Shown piece by piece: positions 1 to 8,756 of a stretch of 64,000 nucleotides of DNA. The stretch comes from Segetibacter sp. (lineage in GTDB: Bacteria; Bacteroidota; Bacteroidia; Chitinophagales; Chitinophagaceae). Numbering within the stretch: position 1 is the first letter of the stretch; every line of letters starts with the position of its first letter. Location of the stretch: contig JANMMU010000021.1 of assembly GCA_031373555.1 (NCBI GenBank), positions 74,523 through 138,522 of the forward strand, in the 5' to 3' direction. Position numbers and translations under genes: made by a program. The notes under the pieces are model-generated. The model did no database searches. It worked only from the letters and a program-made list of their open reading frames with translations, and had not been told where the DNA came from.

Positions 1-455
1 GTTAATGTGGCTGTATCTATCACAGACACTGACCCATCATAAGCACTTACATATACTTTACCATTAGCTGCAACTGCATAGCGGGGTTCCTTATTGATTG
101 TTCCGTTTTTAAAATCTATTTTTTTAATCAATTTAGCATTAGCGGCATTAAGAACTGTTACATTGCTTGTTACATTCATTATTATATACAATTTGCTTCC
201 ATAGATAATCATATCGTTACCTGTATCTCCCAGATCAGCACTATTAGCTGTATTGTAAATATTTCCCGAAACTGTACCCGTAGCAAAATCATAATAAGCC
301 AGCCTGGTGTTGTTAGAAGAAAATGTACCCTCACTTAGGGCATATACACCTGCTGTAGATATAACCGGAGTTACTGGTATAACAACATCGTCTTTTTTAC
401 AAGCATTCATCAAAAGGATTGCCGGCAAAATCAATTTCCAAATTTTAGTGTTCAT
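1..455 (-). CDS. Surface lipoprotein, YncE-like beta-propeller type (N-terminal 151 codons only; gene runs off the window start)
   Basis: Absent from the ORF track because it has no stop in the window. My reverse-strand translation from the ATG at 455-453 gives MNTKIWKLILPAILLMNACKKDDVV..., a signal peptide plus lipobox Cys, and stays open to base 1. It starts 8 nt downstream of the TonB-dependent receptor on the same strand, the usual place for the accessory surface lipoprotein of Bacteroidota uptake loci. Confidence 0.6.
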   Translation of the reverse strand, partial: MNTKIWKLILPAILLMNACKKDDVVIPVTPVISTAGVYALSEGTFSSNNTRLAYYDFATGTVSGNIYNTANSADLGDTGNDMIIYGSKLYIIMNVTSNVTVLNAANAKLIKKIDFKNGTINKEPRYAVAANGKVYVSAYDGSVSVIDTATL

Positions 456-463
456 GTTTGTTT

Positions 464-2419
464 TTATTTATTGTTTAAGATAATACCTATGCGATAGTTT
501 ATACCGGGCATAGGATAATATTGTATGACTTCGTAATGCTTGTTTAGTAAATTGTTTAACTCCACTTTCAATGTATATCCTATAGTTTTTATACTGCTGT
601 TATAAGAAAAAGAAACATCGTTAATTACATAGCTTTCAACCAAATTATAAATATTGTTTTCCCCGTTTTTATAGCGGCTGCCCGAGACCAATACATTGTA
701 ATTAATGGAGTATTTTTGATAGGTTAAATGTAATGAAGCGGCACCCGAATGTATGGGGGTATAAGGTATTTGATTTTTATATTGTGCAGATGATTTATCG
801 GTTACATCCAATGCCTTTTGTAGGGTATAGTTGCAGCGCAACGATGATTGAAATTGGTTTACACTTCTGCTTATTATTTTAAACCCTACATCTAACCCCT
901 TTATTTCTACTTTGCCAATGTTCTGCATGCTCCACTGAAAAAGGTTCTGACGTGGCACGGCTACAATTTTATCCGTTATAATATTGCGGTAAGCATCTGC
1001 AGTAAGTTCAATGGCTTGTATAATACCAGTTGTATTTTGTTGCCAGGTAATACCTGCGTTATATTGTTTTGCAAATTCGGGTCGCAGATTGGTATTGCCT
1101 ACGTAGGTATAGTATAGATCATTGAATGTTGGTATTCTGAAGATATTTTTATAAAACATTCTTACTCTAATCGGGATATGTTGAAATGGCTTCCATGACA
1201 GTGATAAAGCCGGCGTCAGCTTTTCATAATTTGACCCTGCAGGGCCCGTCTTGGTTTTTTCTTTTATTCTGCTATACAGTATATTCCCTTGTATCTCTAC
1301 ATGTGTAGTAATAAACTTTATTGCAAAATTGTTTAACCAGGTTTTTCTTACCGGTTCAGCAAAGTTTACTACAAATTCATCTGTACGATTTAGTGTGTTT
1401 ATAAAATAATCTGACCCAACAGATAACGATAGAAATGTAAAAGGTGAATAACTATAAACAGCCGATTGATAATGCTCCTTTTGATTAAATATATTTTCTA
1501 ACCTCCCCTGTACATTAAAATAATCAGGGTTAAGATATTTGATGTAGGCGTAATTATATTTTCCATTTACCAATAGCTTGCTTTTTGCAGAAAACGTCTT
1601 TTGCCACGTTGCCTGCAAAAAGAAATTTTTGTCCCACAACCTTTCTCTGCCAATAGCAGAATTGTTTAAAATAACAGCCCCCGGAAGACCTCTTTCTGAT
1701 TGAAAATAGTATGCCTTCACAGCTATAAAATTGCTATCATTAATTCCAAAACGGTTATCTAACTCTAATCTTTGAGATTGAATATCTGTATTTTTCCGCT
1801 GTTTTTTTTCCGCAGTATTTTCATAGGTCGAAAATGGATATTCACCATTGGCATTTTGAAATTCAGCATTAAGACTTGTGTATAAGAAGCGGTTCCATTT
1901 ATAGGCAATTTTTGCTGCAGTATTAACAAACCCAAAAGATCCTGATTTTATAGAAAAAGTATATTTTAAACAACCAACATTTATCTTAGCAGGTAATGAT
2001 TTCAATTGCAACAATGACCCATAAGCAAAAGATCGGGCCGACATAAAAATACCCGGATTGCTATTGATTAAACTCACATTGGTTATGTTATCCAAAGACA
2101 ATTTTCCAAGGTCTATTTGTCCGCCTTGTGCGTCGCTCATTATAATGCCATCGTAATCCACACCAGTATGATTGGCACCAAGGCTTCTGATTGATACAGT
2201 TTTCAGTCCACCAATACCACCATAATCTTTTACATTAGCTCCGGCAAAATATTTTACAGCATCAGCAACCGATAAGGAGTTCAGTTGTTGCAATTCATTC
2301 TTTTGAAATTGCTGAACGGGCACCCCATTTTTAGCATTAACCGGTGATGGAGTGCTGCTAACCTTCACTTCAGGCAATGAGTCTACATTCTGTGCTTCAG
2401 CTGAAACAGAAAACAGCAA
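464..2419 (-). CDS. btuB: TonB-dependent outer-membrane receptor, BtuB-like (cobalamin uptake inferred from the upstream riboswitch)
   Basis: 651-aa ORF with an N-terminal plug-like region (EVKVSS..., VKDYGGIGGLKTVSIRSLGANHTGVDYDGI) followed by a long beta-barrel-type sequence rich in alternating aromatics. Its size matches BtuB-class receptors and it lies immediately downstream of a B12 riboswitch. The 5' end is uncertain: TTG at 2419, with no in-frame ATG upstream before a stop. Confidence 0.85.
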   Translation of the reverse strand: MLFSVSAEAQNVDSLPEVKVSSTPSPVNAKNGVPVQQFQKNELQQLNSLSVADAVKYFAGANVKDYGGIGGLKTVSIRSLGANHTGVDYDGIIMSDAQGGQIDLGKLSLDNITNVSLINSNPGIFMSARSFAYGSLLQLKSLPAKINVGCLKYTFSIKSGSFGFVNTAAKIAYKWNRFLYTSLNAEFQNANGEYPFSTYENTAEKKQRKNTDIQSQRLELDNRFGINDSNFIAVKAYYFQSERGLPGAVILNNSAIGRERLWDKNFFLQATWQKTFSAKSKLLVNGKYNYAYIKYLNPDYFNVQGRLENIFNQKEHYQSAVYSYSPFTFLSLSVGSDYFINTLNRTDEFVVNFAEPVRKTWLNNFAIKFITTHVEIQGNILYSRIKEKTKTGPAGSNYEKLTPALSLSWKPFQHIPIRVRMFYKNIFRIPTFNDLYYTYVGNTNLRPEFAKQYNAGITWQQNTTGIIQAIELTADAYRNIITDKIVAVPRQNLFQWSMQNIGKVEIKGLDVGFKIISRSVNQFQSSLRCNYTLQKALDVTDKSSAQYKNQIPYTPIHSGAASLHLTYQKYSINYNVLVSGSRYKNGENNIYNLVESYVINDVSFSYNSSIKTIGYTLKVELNNLLNKHYEVIQYYPMPGINYRIGIILNNK

Positions 2420-2529
2420 TACAACTGCAACTATATTAAAAGAAGTGATTTTCAGCCTGCCCGTTTTAGAGAATTAAAAAAATACCGGGAACATCAGGAA
2501 AAAAAGAAGAATGCAAAAGCCAACAATAA

Positions 2530-2750
2530 ATTTATTGCATCCCTGCCTTTCACCCGAAAGCCCGATGAGAAAATTTGACAGGCAGGTCTTCTGGCTTAGT
2601 CCCAACTTTAACGCCTTCCCGTTTTTTACAGTGGCAAATTGTTAAGTTGTTTCCTCTCATTCCCGTGAGAAATTGAGGTGACTTTTACAGCTACGGGGAT
2701 AGCGCCGGAATTACACCGGCTTCCCTTTTAATTCCATATTTGAATTATGG
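2530..2750 (-). promoter_or_regulatory. Cobalamin (B12) riboswitch
   Basis: The reverse strand reads GGGAAGCCGGTGTAATTCCGGCGCTATCCCCGTAGCTGTAA...GCCACTGTAAAAAACGGGAAGGC...GGGACTAAGCCAGAAGACCTGCC. The last segment (plus-strand 2581-2603) matches the B12 box consensus AGYCMGGAGACCKGCC. The conserved GGTG/CCGC and GCCACTG/GGGAAGGC blocks are present in the right order, just 5' of the receptor gene. Confidence 0.85.
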
Positions 2751-3092
2751 AAACCAATCAACGCTGCAAATGTAGGGGAATGAAACCAAAAACAAAACCC
2801 CATTTACAGATGCCTTATTTTAGAAAGATGCTTATAAGATTTTTTTGGAGCAGCGTCGTTTGGTATTAATTCAACAGCGGTACGGGCTTTACGCTACTAC
2901 CTCCTTAGGTCGGTATCCGCTTCAATCCCGGCTATTGTTCAGCTCTATCTCATCTTTCTCCTTTTTCAACCATATAGTATTGGTTTTCACTTTTTAATGT
3001 AATTAACGGTCAGTGCTTTAATGCAAAAAAGATATAGTCACATTCAATTATTTCCTCTTTTTTTGCATCATCAATTTACATTTACACAACAC

Positions 3093-4190
3093 ATGAGTCA
3101 AGAATTAAAATATCGGATTGCACTAACCCTTGTACCCAATATTGGTGCAGTGCAGGCACGGCTATTAGTGACTCATTTTGGAAATGCCAAAAACATTTTT
3201 ACAGCATCGGTCAAAGAATTGGAAAATATAGAAGGAATTGGGACTGTAAGGGCAAAATCAATTAAGTCATTTACTGATTTTTCAGAATCCGAAAAAGAAA
3301 TTGCATTTGTAGAAAAACATAAGATTCAAACCCTGTTTCTTACCGACGATCAGTATCCCAAAAGACTATTGCACTGCTACGATGCCCCTACTCTATTGTA
3401 CTACAGAGGCAACGCTGACCTCAATGCTTCTAAAATCATTAACATTATAGGCACAAGAACCAATACCGATTATGGTAAACAAATTACAGAACAACTCATT
3501 GAAGATTTACAATCATTACAGGTTACTATTGTAAGTGGTTTAGCCTATGGAATAGATGCTATTGCTCACAAATCTGCTGTTCAACATAATCTCCCTACCA
3601 TTGGTGTATTGGCTCATGGTCTTGACAAAATATACCCACCACAACACACTCCTTTGGCAAAGCAAATGCTGCTAAATGGTGGCTTACTAACAGAATTTGG
3701 CCGGGAGACCAAAGCTGACAAACATAATTTTCCCAAAAGAAACCGGGTGGTAGCCGGCATGTGCGATGCAACAATAGTCATAGAAACAGCCGATAAAGGA
3801 GGAAGTATGATTACGGCTGAACTTGCCAACGGTTATAACAGAGACGTATTTGCCTTTCCCGGCAAAACAACAGATATCAAAAGCGGCGGCTGTAACCAAC
3901 TGATCAAAAACAACAAAGCCATGCTGCTAACCGATGCAGAGCAGTTAATAGATTGGATGGGGTGGAAAGAGAAAAAAGCGAAAGGTAAAAAGCAAAAGGA
4001 ACTATTTATAGAACTAAGTGCTGATGAAGAAATTATTATAAATATCCTCAAAGAAAAAGAAAGCCTGCATATAGACGAATTGTTTCTCAAAAGTGGTTTA
4101 AACAGCAGCATAGTTGCTGCATCCATGCTCAATCTTGAATTTCAAAATGTCATAGCCTCACTGCCTGGCAAAATGTATAAACTGCTTTAG
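3093..4190 (+). CDS. dprA: DNA processing protein DprA (Smf)
   Basis: Has the N-terminal SAM-like region (LVPNIGAVQARLLVTHFG), Rossmann-fold DprA motifs (IIGTRTNTDYG, VSGLAYGIDAIAH, GGSMITA) and a C-terminal winged-helix tail. I prefer the ATG at 3093 (MSQELKY...) over the track start at 3021, whose extension is hydrophobic junk. Confidence 0.9.
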   Translation: MSQELKYRIALTLVPNIGAVQARLLVTHFGNAKNIFTASVKELENIEGIGTVRAKSIKSFTDFSESEKEIAFVEKHKIQTLFLTDDQYPKRLLHCYDAPTLLYYRGNADLNASKIINIIGTRTNTDYGKQITEQLIEDLQSLQVTIVSGLAYGIDAIAHKSAVQHNLPTIGVLAHGLDKIYPPQHTPLAKQMLLNGGLLTEFGRETKADKHNFPKRNRVVAGMCDATIVIETADKGGSMITAELANGYNRDVFAFPGKTTDIKSGGCNQLIKNNKAMLLTDAEQLIDWMGWKEKKAKGKKQKELFIELSADEEIIINILKEKESLHIDELFLKSGLNSSIVAASMLNLEFQNVIASLPGKMYKLL

Positions 4191-4310
4191 CTTAAAATAA
4201 TTTTCGTCATATTCATTTACCATAATGAAAATGACATTAATACAATAATAACCGTACAATTAGACTTCTCGTGGCATTTGTTTTGTAATTTATCTAATCA
4301 ATCTGTAAGT

Positions 4311-5273
4311 ATGCGATTAAAAAATAGAATATTAGCCCTTTTGATAATGATTTTACCCATTTTGAGTATGGGTCAAAAAACGGATTCTTTAATAAATAAA
4401 CTAGACAGTTTAAAAAAAGAGACCGATACAACCGGTCAGCAAAATAGAATAGAACCAGAATTCTATACTGAAAGAACAGCCATTACCCCAAAAGTTTTCG
4501 GCATCCTCTTATTAAACGATTTTAAACAACAGGCTCTTAGTCCATTGCATGTAAATGGTAAAGGCTGGCTAAAAGGTGCTGCACTTGGTGGAATCATTTT
4601 TGGTATGACCTTTTTAGATAAGCCAATACAGCAAGAGGCTGTAAGAATGCGTAACCGAAATCCTAATCTTGAAGATGTGAGTAATACCATAACTAACATT
4701 GGTGGTGTTTACCAGGTGGGTACGTTTGTTGGCATAGCAGCCTATGGTTATATTTTCAAAAATGAAAAATTAAAGGCCACCACCGCTTTAGCTACACAGG
4801 CATATATTACCTCTACATTTTGGAGTACACTATTTAAAACACTTTCAGGAAGAACAAGGCCCGCTAATTTTGATCCAAATTCACCTCTTAACGAGAATCG
4901 CTTTTACGGACCATTTTATAAATTACCCTATGGAGAAAACAGTGCATTCCCCAGTGGTCATGCCACTTTAGCATTTGCTGCAGCTACTGTATATGCAAAA
5001 GAGTATAGAAATGTTCCTATTGTCCCTATTATTTCTTATTCCCTGGCATCATTAATTAGTCTTAGCCGTATAACTGAAAATCGCCATTGGGCTACAGATA
5101 TATTGACGGGTGCTGCATTAGGTTATGTTTGTGGCACACAGGTTGTTAATAATTTTCATCGTTTTGCAAGGTTGCAAAGACAAAATAAACAAAAAAAAAA
5201 TAAGTCACAGGTTATGCTTAACCCAACAATATACAATGGCAGGCTAATGCCTCAACTGTTGGTAAATTTTTAA
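4311..5273 (+). CDS. PAP2-family membrane phosphatase
   Basis: All three PAP2 signature motifs are present: KTLSGRTRP (KX6RP), PSGHAT (PSGH) and SRITENRHWATD (SRX5HX3D). An N-terminal signal/TM segment follows MRLKNRILALL. The ATG at 4311 is preferred to the TTG at 4278. Confidence 0.8.
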   Translation: MRLKNRILALLIMILPILSMGQKTDSLINKLDSLKKETDTTGQQNRIEPEFYTERTAITPKVFGILLLNDFKQQALSPLHVNGKGWLKGAALGGIIFGMTFLDKPIQQEAVRMRNRNPNLEDVSNTITNIGGVYQVGTFVGIAAYGYIFKNEKLKATTALATQAYITSTFWSTLFKTLSGRTRPANFDPNSPLNENRFYGPFYKLPYGENSAFPSGHATLAFAAATVYAKEYRNVPIVPIISYSLASLISLSRITENRHWATDILTGAALGYVCGTQVVNNFHRFARLQRQNKQKKNKSQVMLNPTIYNGRLMPQLLVNF

Positions 5274-5299
5274 TGACGCTTCATCAGGCATAATAAATA

Positions 5300-5914
5300 T
5301 CATTTTACATATCGCTCTACCGGAAGACGGTTGGTGATGCTACGGGCAAGCGTCATTTCATCAGCATATTCCAGTTCGCCGCCAAATGATATTCCACGTG
5401 CAATTGTTGTAATGCGACAATTAAACTGTTGGATTTTTTTACGGATATAATATATGGTTGTATCACCCTGTATGTTGGGGTTAAGGGCAAATATTAATTC
5501 TTCTGTACCTTCTTTCTCAATACGAAGTATAAGCTGTTCAATAGTTAATTGATCAGGCCCAATACCATCTAAAGGAGATATTACACCTCCGAGAACGTGA
5601 TAAGTTCCATTGTACTGTTGGGTACTTTCAATTGCTATAACATCGCGTATATTTTCTACTACGCATATCATGTGTTGGTTGCGGCTGCTGTTGGCACAGG
5701 TGCTACAAATATCTGCATCGCTGATATTGCTGCATCGTTGACAAAATTTTATATCGTGCCGCATACGGCTGATTGTTTCGCCAAAATGCACAACATCTTC
5801 CACATTCTGTTTAAGTAAATGAAGCACTAAACGCAGTGCAGTTTTTTTACCAATACCCGGCAATTTCGAAAATTCGTTTACCGCATTTTCCAGTAAAGAG
5901 GATGGGAGTTGCAT
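5300..5914 (-). CDS. recR: Recombination protein RecR
   Basis: 204 aa. Has the N-terminal HhH (LPGIGKKTALRL), a C4 zinc finger (CQRCSNISDADICSTC) and a Toprim domain (ICVVENIRDVIAIE), ending in the typical C-terminal motif. Confidence 0.95.
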   Translation of the reverse strand: MQLPSSLLENAVNEFSKLPGIGKKTALRLVLHLLKQNVEDVVHFGETISRMRHDIKFCQRCSNISDADICSTCANSSRNQHMICVVENIRDVIAIESTQQYNGTYHVLGGVISPLDGIGPDQLTIEQLILRIEKEGTEELIFALNPNIQGDTTIYYIRKKIQQFNCRITTIARGISFGGELEYADEMTLARSITNRLPVERYVK

Positions 5915-6052
5915 AAATGCAAAAATAACATGGTATTGCCAACTTTGAATGCTTAATCGTTAGTAAAAACTCAATTTTACACCAAGATTAAATTTGTGTC
6001 TTCGGAGGTGGGCTTTGTAGTTGCGTCCCCGATGTTGCCTGACGGGCATTTG

Positions 6053-6373
6053 TCAAAGTAGTTGAAGTAATATTTTGAGCTGATTATTTAACTCTGAAAT
6101 TTCAGTTTGTGTAAGTGTACCCAAAAGACCTTTGGCCAAGGCTCTGTCTAAAGTCGCAATTTTGCTTGTTCGGATAAGTGATGTCTTTCTTAAACCATTT
6201 GTTTTACTTGGATAAAGCGAAACGTCTGTTGATTCTTGCCTTTCAGTTTGACTTGTGATAAAGCATACGGTCAAGTCGAGTTTTGTATCTACAAGAACCA
6301 CGGCGGGTCTAAGCTTGCTTCCACTCAAATCGGTAAATGGAAAAGTTATTAAAACGAGATCACCTTTAGGCAT
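6053..6373 (-). CDS. Type II toxin, PemK/MazF family
   Basis: 106 aa beginning MPKGDLVLITFPFTDLSGSKLRPAVVL, the classic MazF/PemK N-terminal beta-strand signature. Its start overlaps the stop of the upstream small ORF by 8 nt. Confidence 0.8.
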   Translation of the reverse strand: MPKGDLVLITFPFTDLSGSKLRPAVVLVDTKLDLTVCFITSQTERQESTDVSLYPSKTNGLRKTSLIRTSKIATLDRALAKGLLGTLTQTEISELNNQLKILLQLL

Positions 6374-6596
6374 TATATACTTCTTTTAAGTCTGCTATCG
6401 AATACAATTCTTCTTCATCTTTTAAGAATTGAAAGGCTTTACTTTTAGAAGCCATTTTTTGTATGCCTTCTGTTAAGCGGGATTCTTCATATCGCTTAAT
6501 AACAAAGTCAGCAAAATCAGATATTTCTTCTGCTTTATCTTCAGGAAGTTGATTAATTGCTTTTAACGTTCGTTCTATAATTAATTGTCTGGTCAT
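6366..6596 (-). CDS. Putative antitoxin (DUF2281-like helical protein)
   Basis: 76 aa from the ATG at 6596 (MTRQLIIERTLKAINQLPEDKAEEISDFADFVIKRY...). The LPExK..E..DF..F pattern is typical of small antitoxin partners, and the ORF is translationally coupled to the MazF-like ORF. The longer track ORF (start 6683) extends into a non-coding-looking GC patch. Confidence 0.6.
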   Translation of the reverse strand: MTRQLIIERTLKAINQLPEDKAEEISDFADFVIKRYEESRLTEGIQKMASKSKAFQFLKDEEELYSIADLKEVYNA

Positions 6597-6745
6597 AGCT
6601 CCTGATTTAATATTCAAATATACAAATCCTAGTTTAATTTGCAGGCTGCCCGGCGCATAGCTGCCAACAGGCAGTACTTGCAATAGAGTTGGAATTCGTT
6701 GCCCAAGGGACTATGGAAAGACAGAAAAGTACAGATTAACAACCA

Positions 6746-8146
6746 TTACAAAGTAATATCCTTTTCATTATCCCAATTGCCCCTAATGGAGAGTTTAGTG
6801 TTTATTGGAACAACTATTTCGGGTTGTTGATGAATTCCAAAAAACTTGCCCGGATCCCAAATTCCGTTATTGTTTTTATCGTAGAGTATCCTTATGTCAT
6901 AATCTCCGGGAGTAAATAATTTCCTGTAAAAATCCTTTTGCTTTAGATGAACTGATTCTACAATTAATTCATTCTGTACAATTTGCAGGACCGGATTTTT
7001 ACTTAAATCAAGATTTGTGAAACGCAATTTTACGCTACCATAATCTTCCAGTTTTTTGGTTGAAAAACTGATGGTGTCTGTTTTTGCCAATCCCTTTCCT
7101 GCACTATCTTTTACAGCAGCACTATCTACTATAAGTTTATAATAAGTATCGGGCGGCCAGTTTACAATTATGTTCACAAGGTTATTGGCAGTATCATACA
7201 CCACATTATATGCATTAATCCGCTTGTAGTTTGTATCTGTAAGTACAAATTTTAGTGTATCAAATATTTGTACTTTTTTATTGAACCCAAGTTTGAGTCG
7301 GGTTAATATATCCTGTTTGCTTCCTGATAAATTGATTTGCATCCGCAATGGCTTTTCATCCTTATTATTTTTGTCGGCATTGGAAGCGTTTAATTTTGCA
7401 GAATCCTTTTTAGCTCTTGTATATGCGTACATAGTTATGGGCTTGTTGCTAACCGTATTTATTATGCTATCAGCAAATGCAAAAGGCTTTGTAGAATCAT
7501 CAAATTGTTTAGAATAATTGTTGGGGATGGCATACATAGAAAAATTTCCGGCAGGCAAATTGTTAAATTGGAATAATCCTTGTCCATCTAACCGGGCAAA
7601 ATAGCGGGGTCTTTCATTAGCAACTGCACTGTCTTCTTCATTTCTATGCAGAACCACAATTAAGGTACTATCTATCTTACCTGTTTCTGCCATAATTACT
7701 TTTCCGCTGATTGTATTTTCATCAATGGTATTTCCCGTAGAAAATACATAAGTGAAGTTTTTAGCAATATTGTTTTCATTTATGTCGCGGACGGCATTTC
7801 CAAAGTTGATAGAATAGGTTGTATTAGGTTCAAGTGTATCTTTTATTTTAATTGTTACCGTTCTGAAGCTATTATTAATTAATGGGGCATTTTTAGGCAG
7901 GGGGGAAACCAACACATTTTCAAAAGTGTTTTGCAGATCAATGTATTCATCAAAGTTGAGGGTAATGCGGCTGCCGGTAAAGTTGGTAGCCGAATCCCGT
8001 GGAATTGCGGAAATTAATACAGGGGGTAGTGTATCCATAGCACCGCCTGAAGGTGGAATAATATTAGCACAACTACTTGTCAATACCATTGTGATAAAAC
8101 TATAAACAACAATTAATACAACTGATGCGGGTAAAAAATTTTTCAT
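6746..8146 (-). CDS. Lipoprotein with N-terminal bacterial Ig-like (SbsA/Big_5-type) domain
   Basis: Signal peptide plus lipobox (LTSSCANIIPPSGG), followed by DTLPPVLISAIPRDSATNF..., characteristic of Ig-like-domain lipoproteins conserved in Bacteroidota. The rest is all-beta-looking sequence. Confidence 0.6.
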   Translation of the reverse strand: MKNFLPASVVLIVVYSFITMVLTSSCANIIPPSGGAMDTLPPVLISAIPRDSATNFTGSRITLNFDEYIDLQNTFENVLVSPLPKNAPLINNSFRTVTIKIKDTLEPNTTYSINFGNAVRDINENNIAKNFTYVFSTGNTIDENTISGKVIMAETGKIDSTLIVVLHRNEEDSAVANERPRYFARLDGQGLFQFNNLPAGNFSMYAIPNNYSKQFDDSTKPFAFADSIINTVSNKPITMYAYTRAKKDSAKLNASNADKNNKDEKPLRMQINLSGSKQDILTRLKLGFNKKVQIFDTLKFVLTDTNYKRINAYNVVYDTANNLVNIIVNWPPDTYYKLIVDSAAVKDSAGKGLAKTDTISFSTKKLEDYGSVKLRFTNLDLSKNPVLQIVQNELIVESVHLKQKDFYRKLFTPGDYDIRILYDKNNNGIWDPGKFFGIHQQPEIVVPINTKLSIRGNWDNEKDITL

Positions 8147-8262
8147 TTTAACAAATCTGCTGATTGCAAACTTAACTTCAAATTTTGCTCATTTAATAAG
8201 ATTGGGTTTATTTACCACTTTTTTAAAAATGTTTTGAACAAACAATACTTTTACTTTAGACA

Positions 8263-8736
8263 ATGAAAGCTGCAGCAGTAAGTGATATAAAAAGCGAGTT
8301 GGTAAAACTGCCTTCCAAGCGGTTGGTTGAATTGTGTCTTCGTCTTGCACGTTTTAAAAAAGAAAACAAAGAATTGCTGGCATTCATGCTTTTTGATGCT
8401 GACGACGAACAATCATACGTTGAGAGTATAAAAATTGAAATAGATGAAGCATTTAGTGAATTAAATACAACAAACTGGTATTTTCTAAAAAAAGGATTGC
8501 GGAAAATTTTACGAAGCCTAAGTAAATACAGCAAGTTTACAACTCAAAAAGAATCAGAAGTTGAAATGCTTTTGCATTTTGTAAAAAAAATGCACCAAAT
8601 GGGGATTGTAAATAACAGGAATAAAGCAATTACCAACTTATATGAAACACAAGTTGCAAAAACAAAAAAACTGATTGATCTTGTTCACGAAGACCTGCAG
8701 TTTGATTATAAAAATCAATTAGAAGATGTAGGATAA
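8263..8736 (+). CDS. Conserved-looking helical hypothetical protein
   Basis: 157-aa ORF with a clean ATG, a charged helical composition and no competing ORF of similar quality (the antisense 8256-8534 ORF is low-complexity). I do not confidently recognise the family. Confidence 0.55.
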   Translation: MKAAAVSDIKSELVKLPSKRLVELCLRLARFKKENKELLAFMLFDADDEQSYVESIKIEIDEAFSELNTTNWYFLKKGLRKILRSLSKYSKFTTQKESEVEMLLHFVKKMHQMGIVNNRNKAITNLYETQVAKTKKLIDLVHEDLQFDYKNQLEDVG

Positions 8737-8756
8737 AGTAAACAAATCCTTTAATT

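Noticed and set aside
2861-2945. Two tandem motifs, CTTTACGCTACTACCTCC and GTATCCGCTTCAATCCCG, in the dprA/riboswitch spacer, reminiscent of REP-like intergenic elements seen in Bacteroidota.
   Set aside because: Only one locus is present in the window, I could not draw a convincing secondary structure, and the recognition is from memory only. A genome-wide repeat search is needed.
5995-6715. GC-richer patches on both sides of the toxin-antitoxin pair (about 6000-6052 and 6640-6715) as possible direct repeats or att sites.
   Set aside because: By-eye alignment gives only about 13 of 20 matches over a short stretch (TGCCCGTCAGGCAACATCGG versus TGCCTGTTGGCAGCTATGCG on the minus strand). That is too weak to call without a proper alignment or a genome-wide repeat census.
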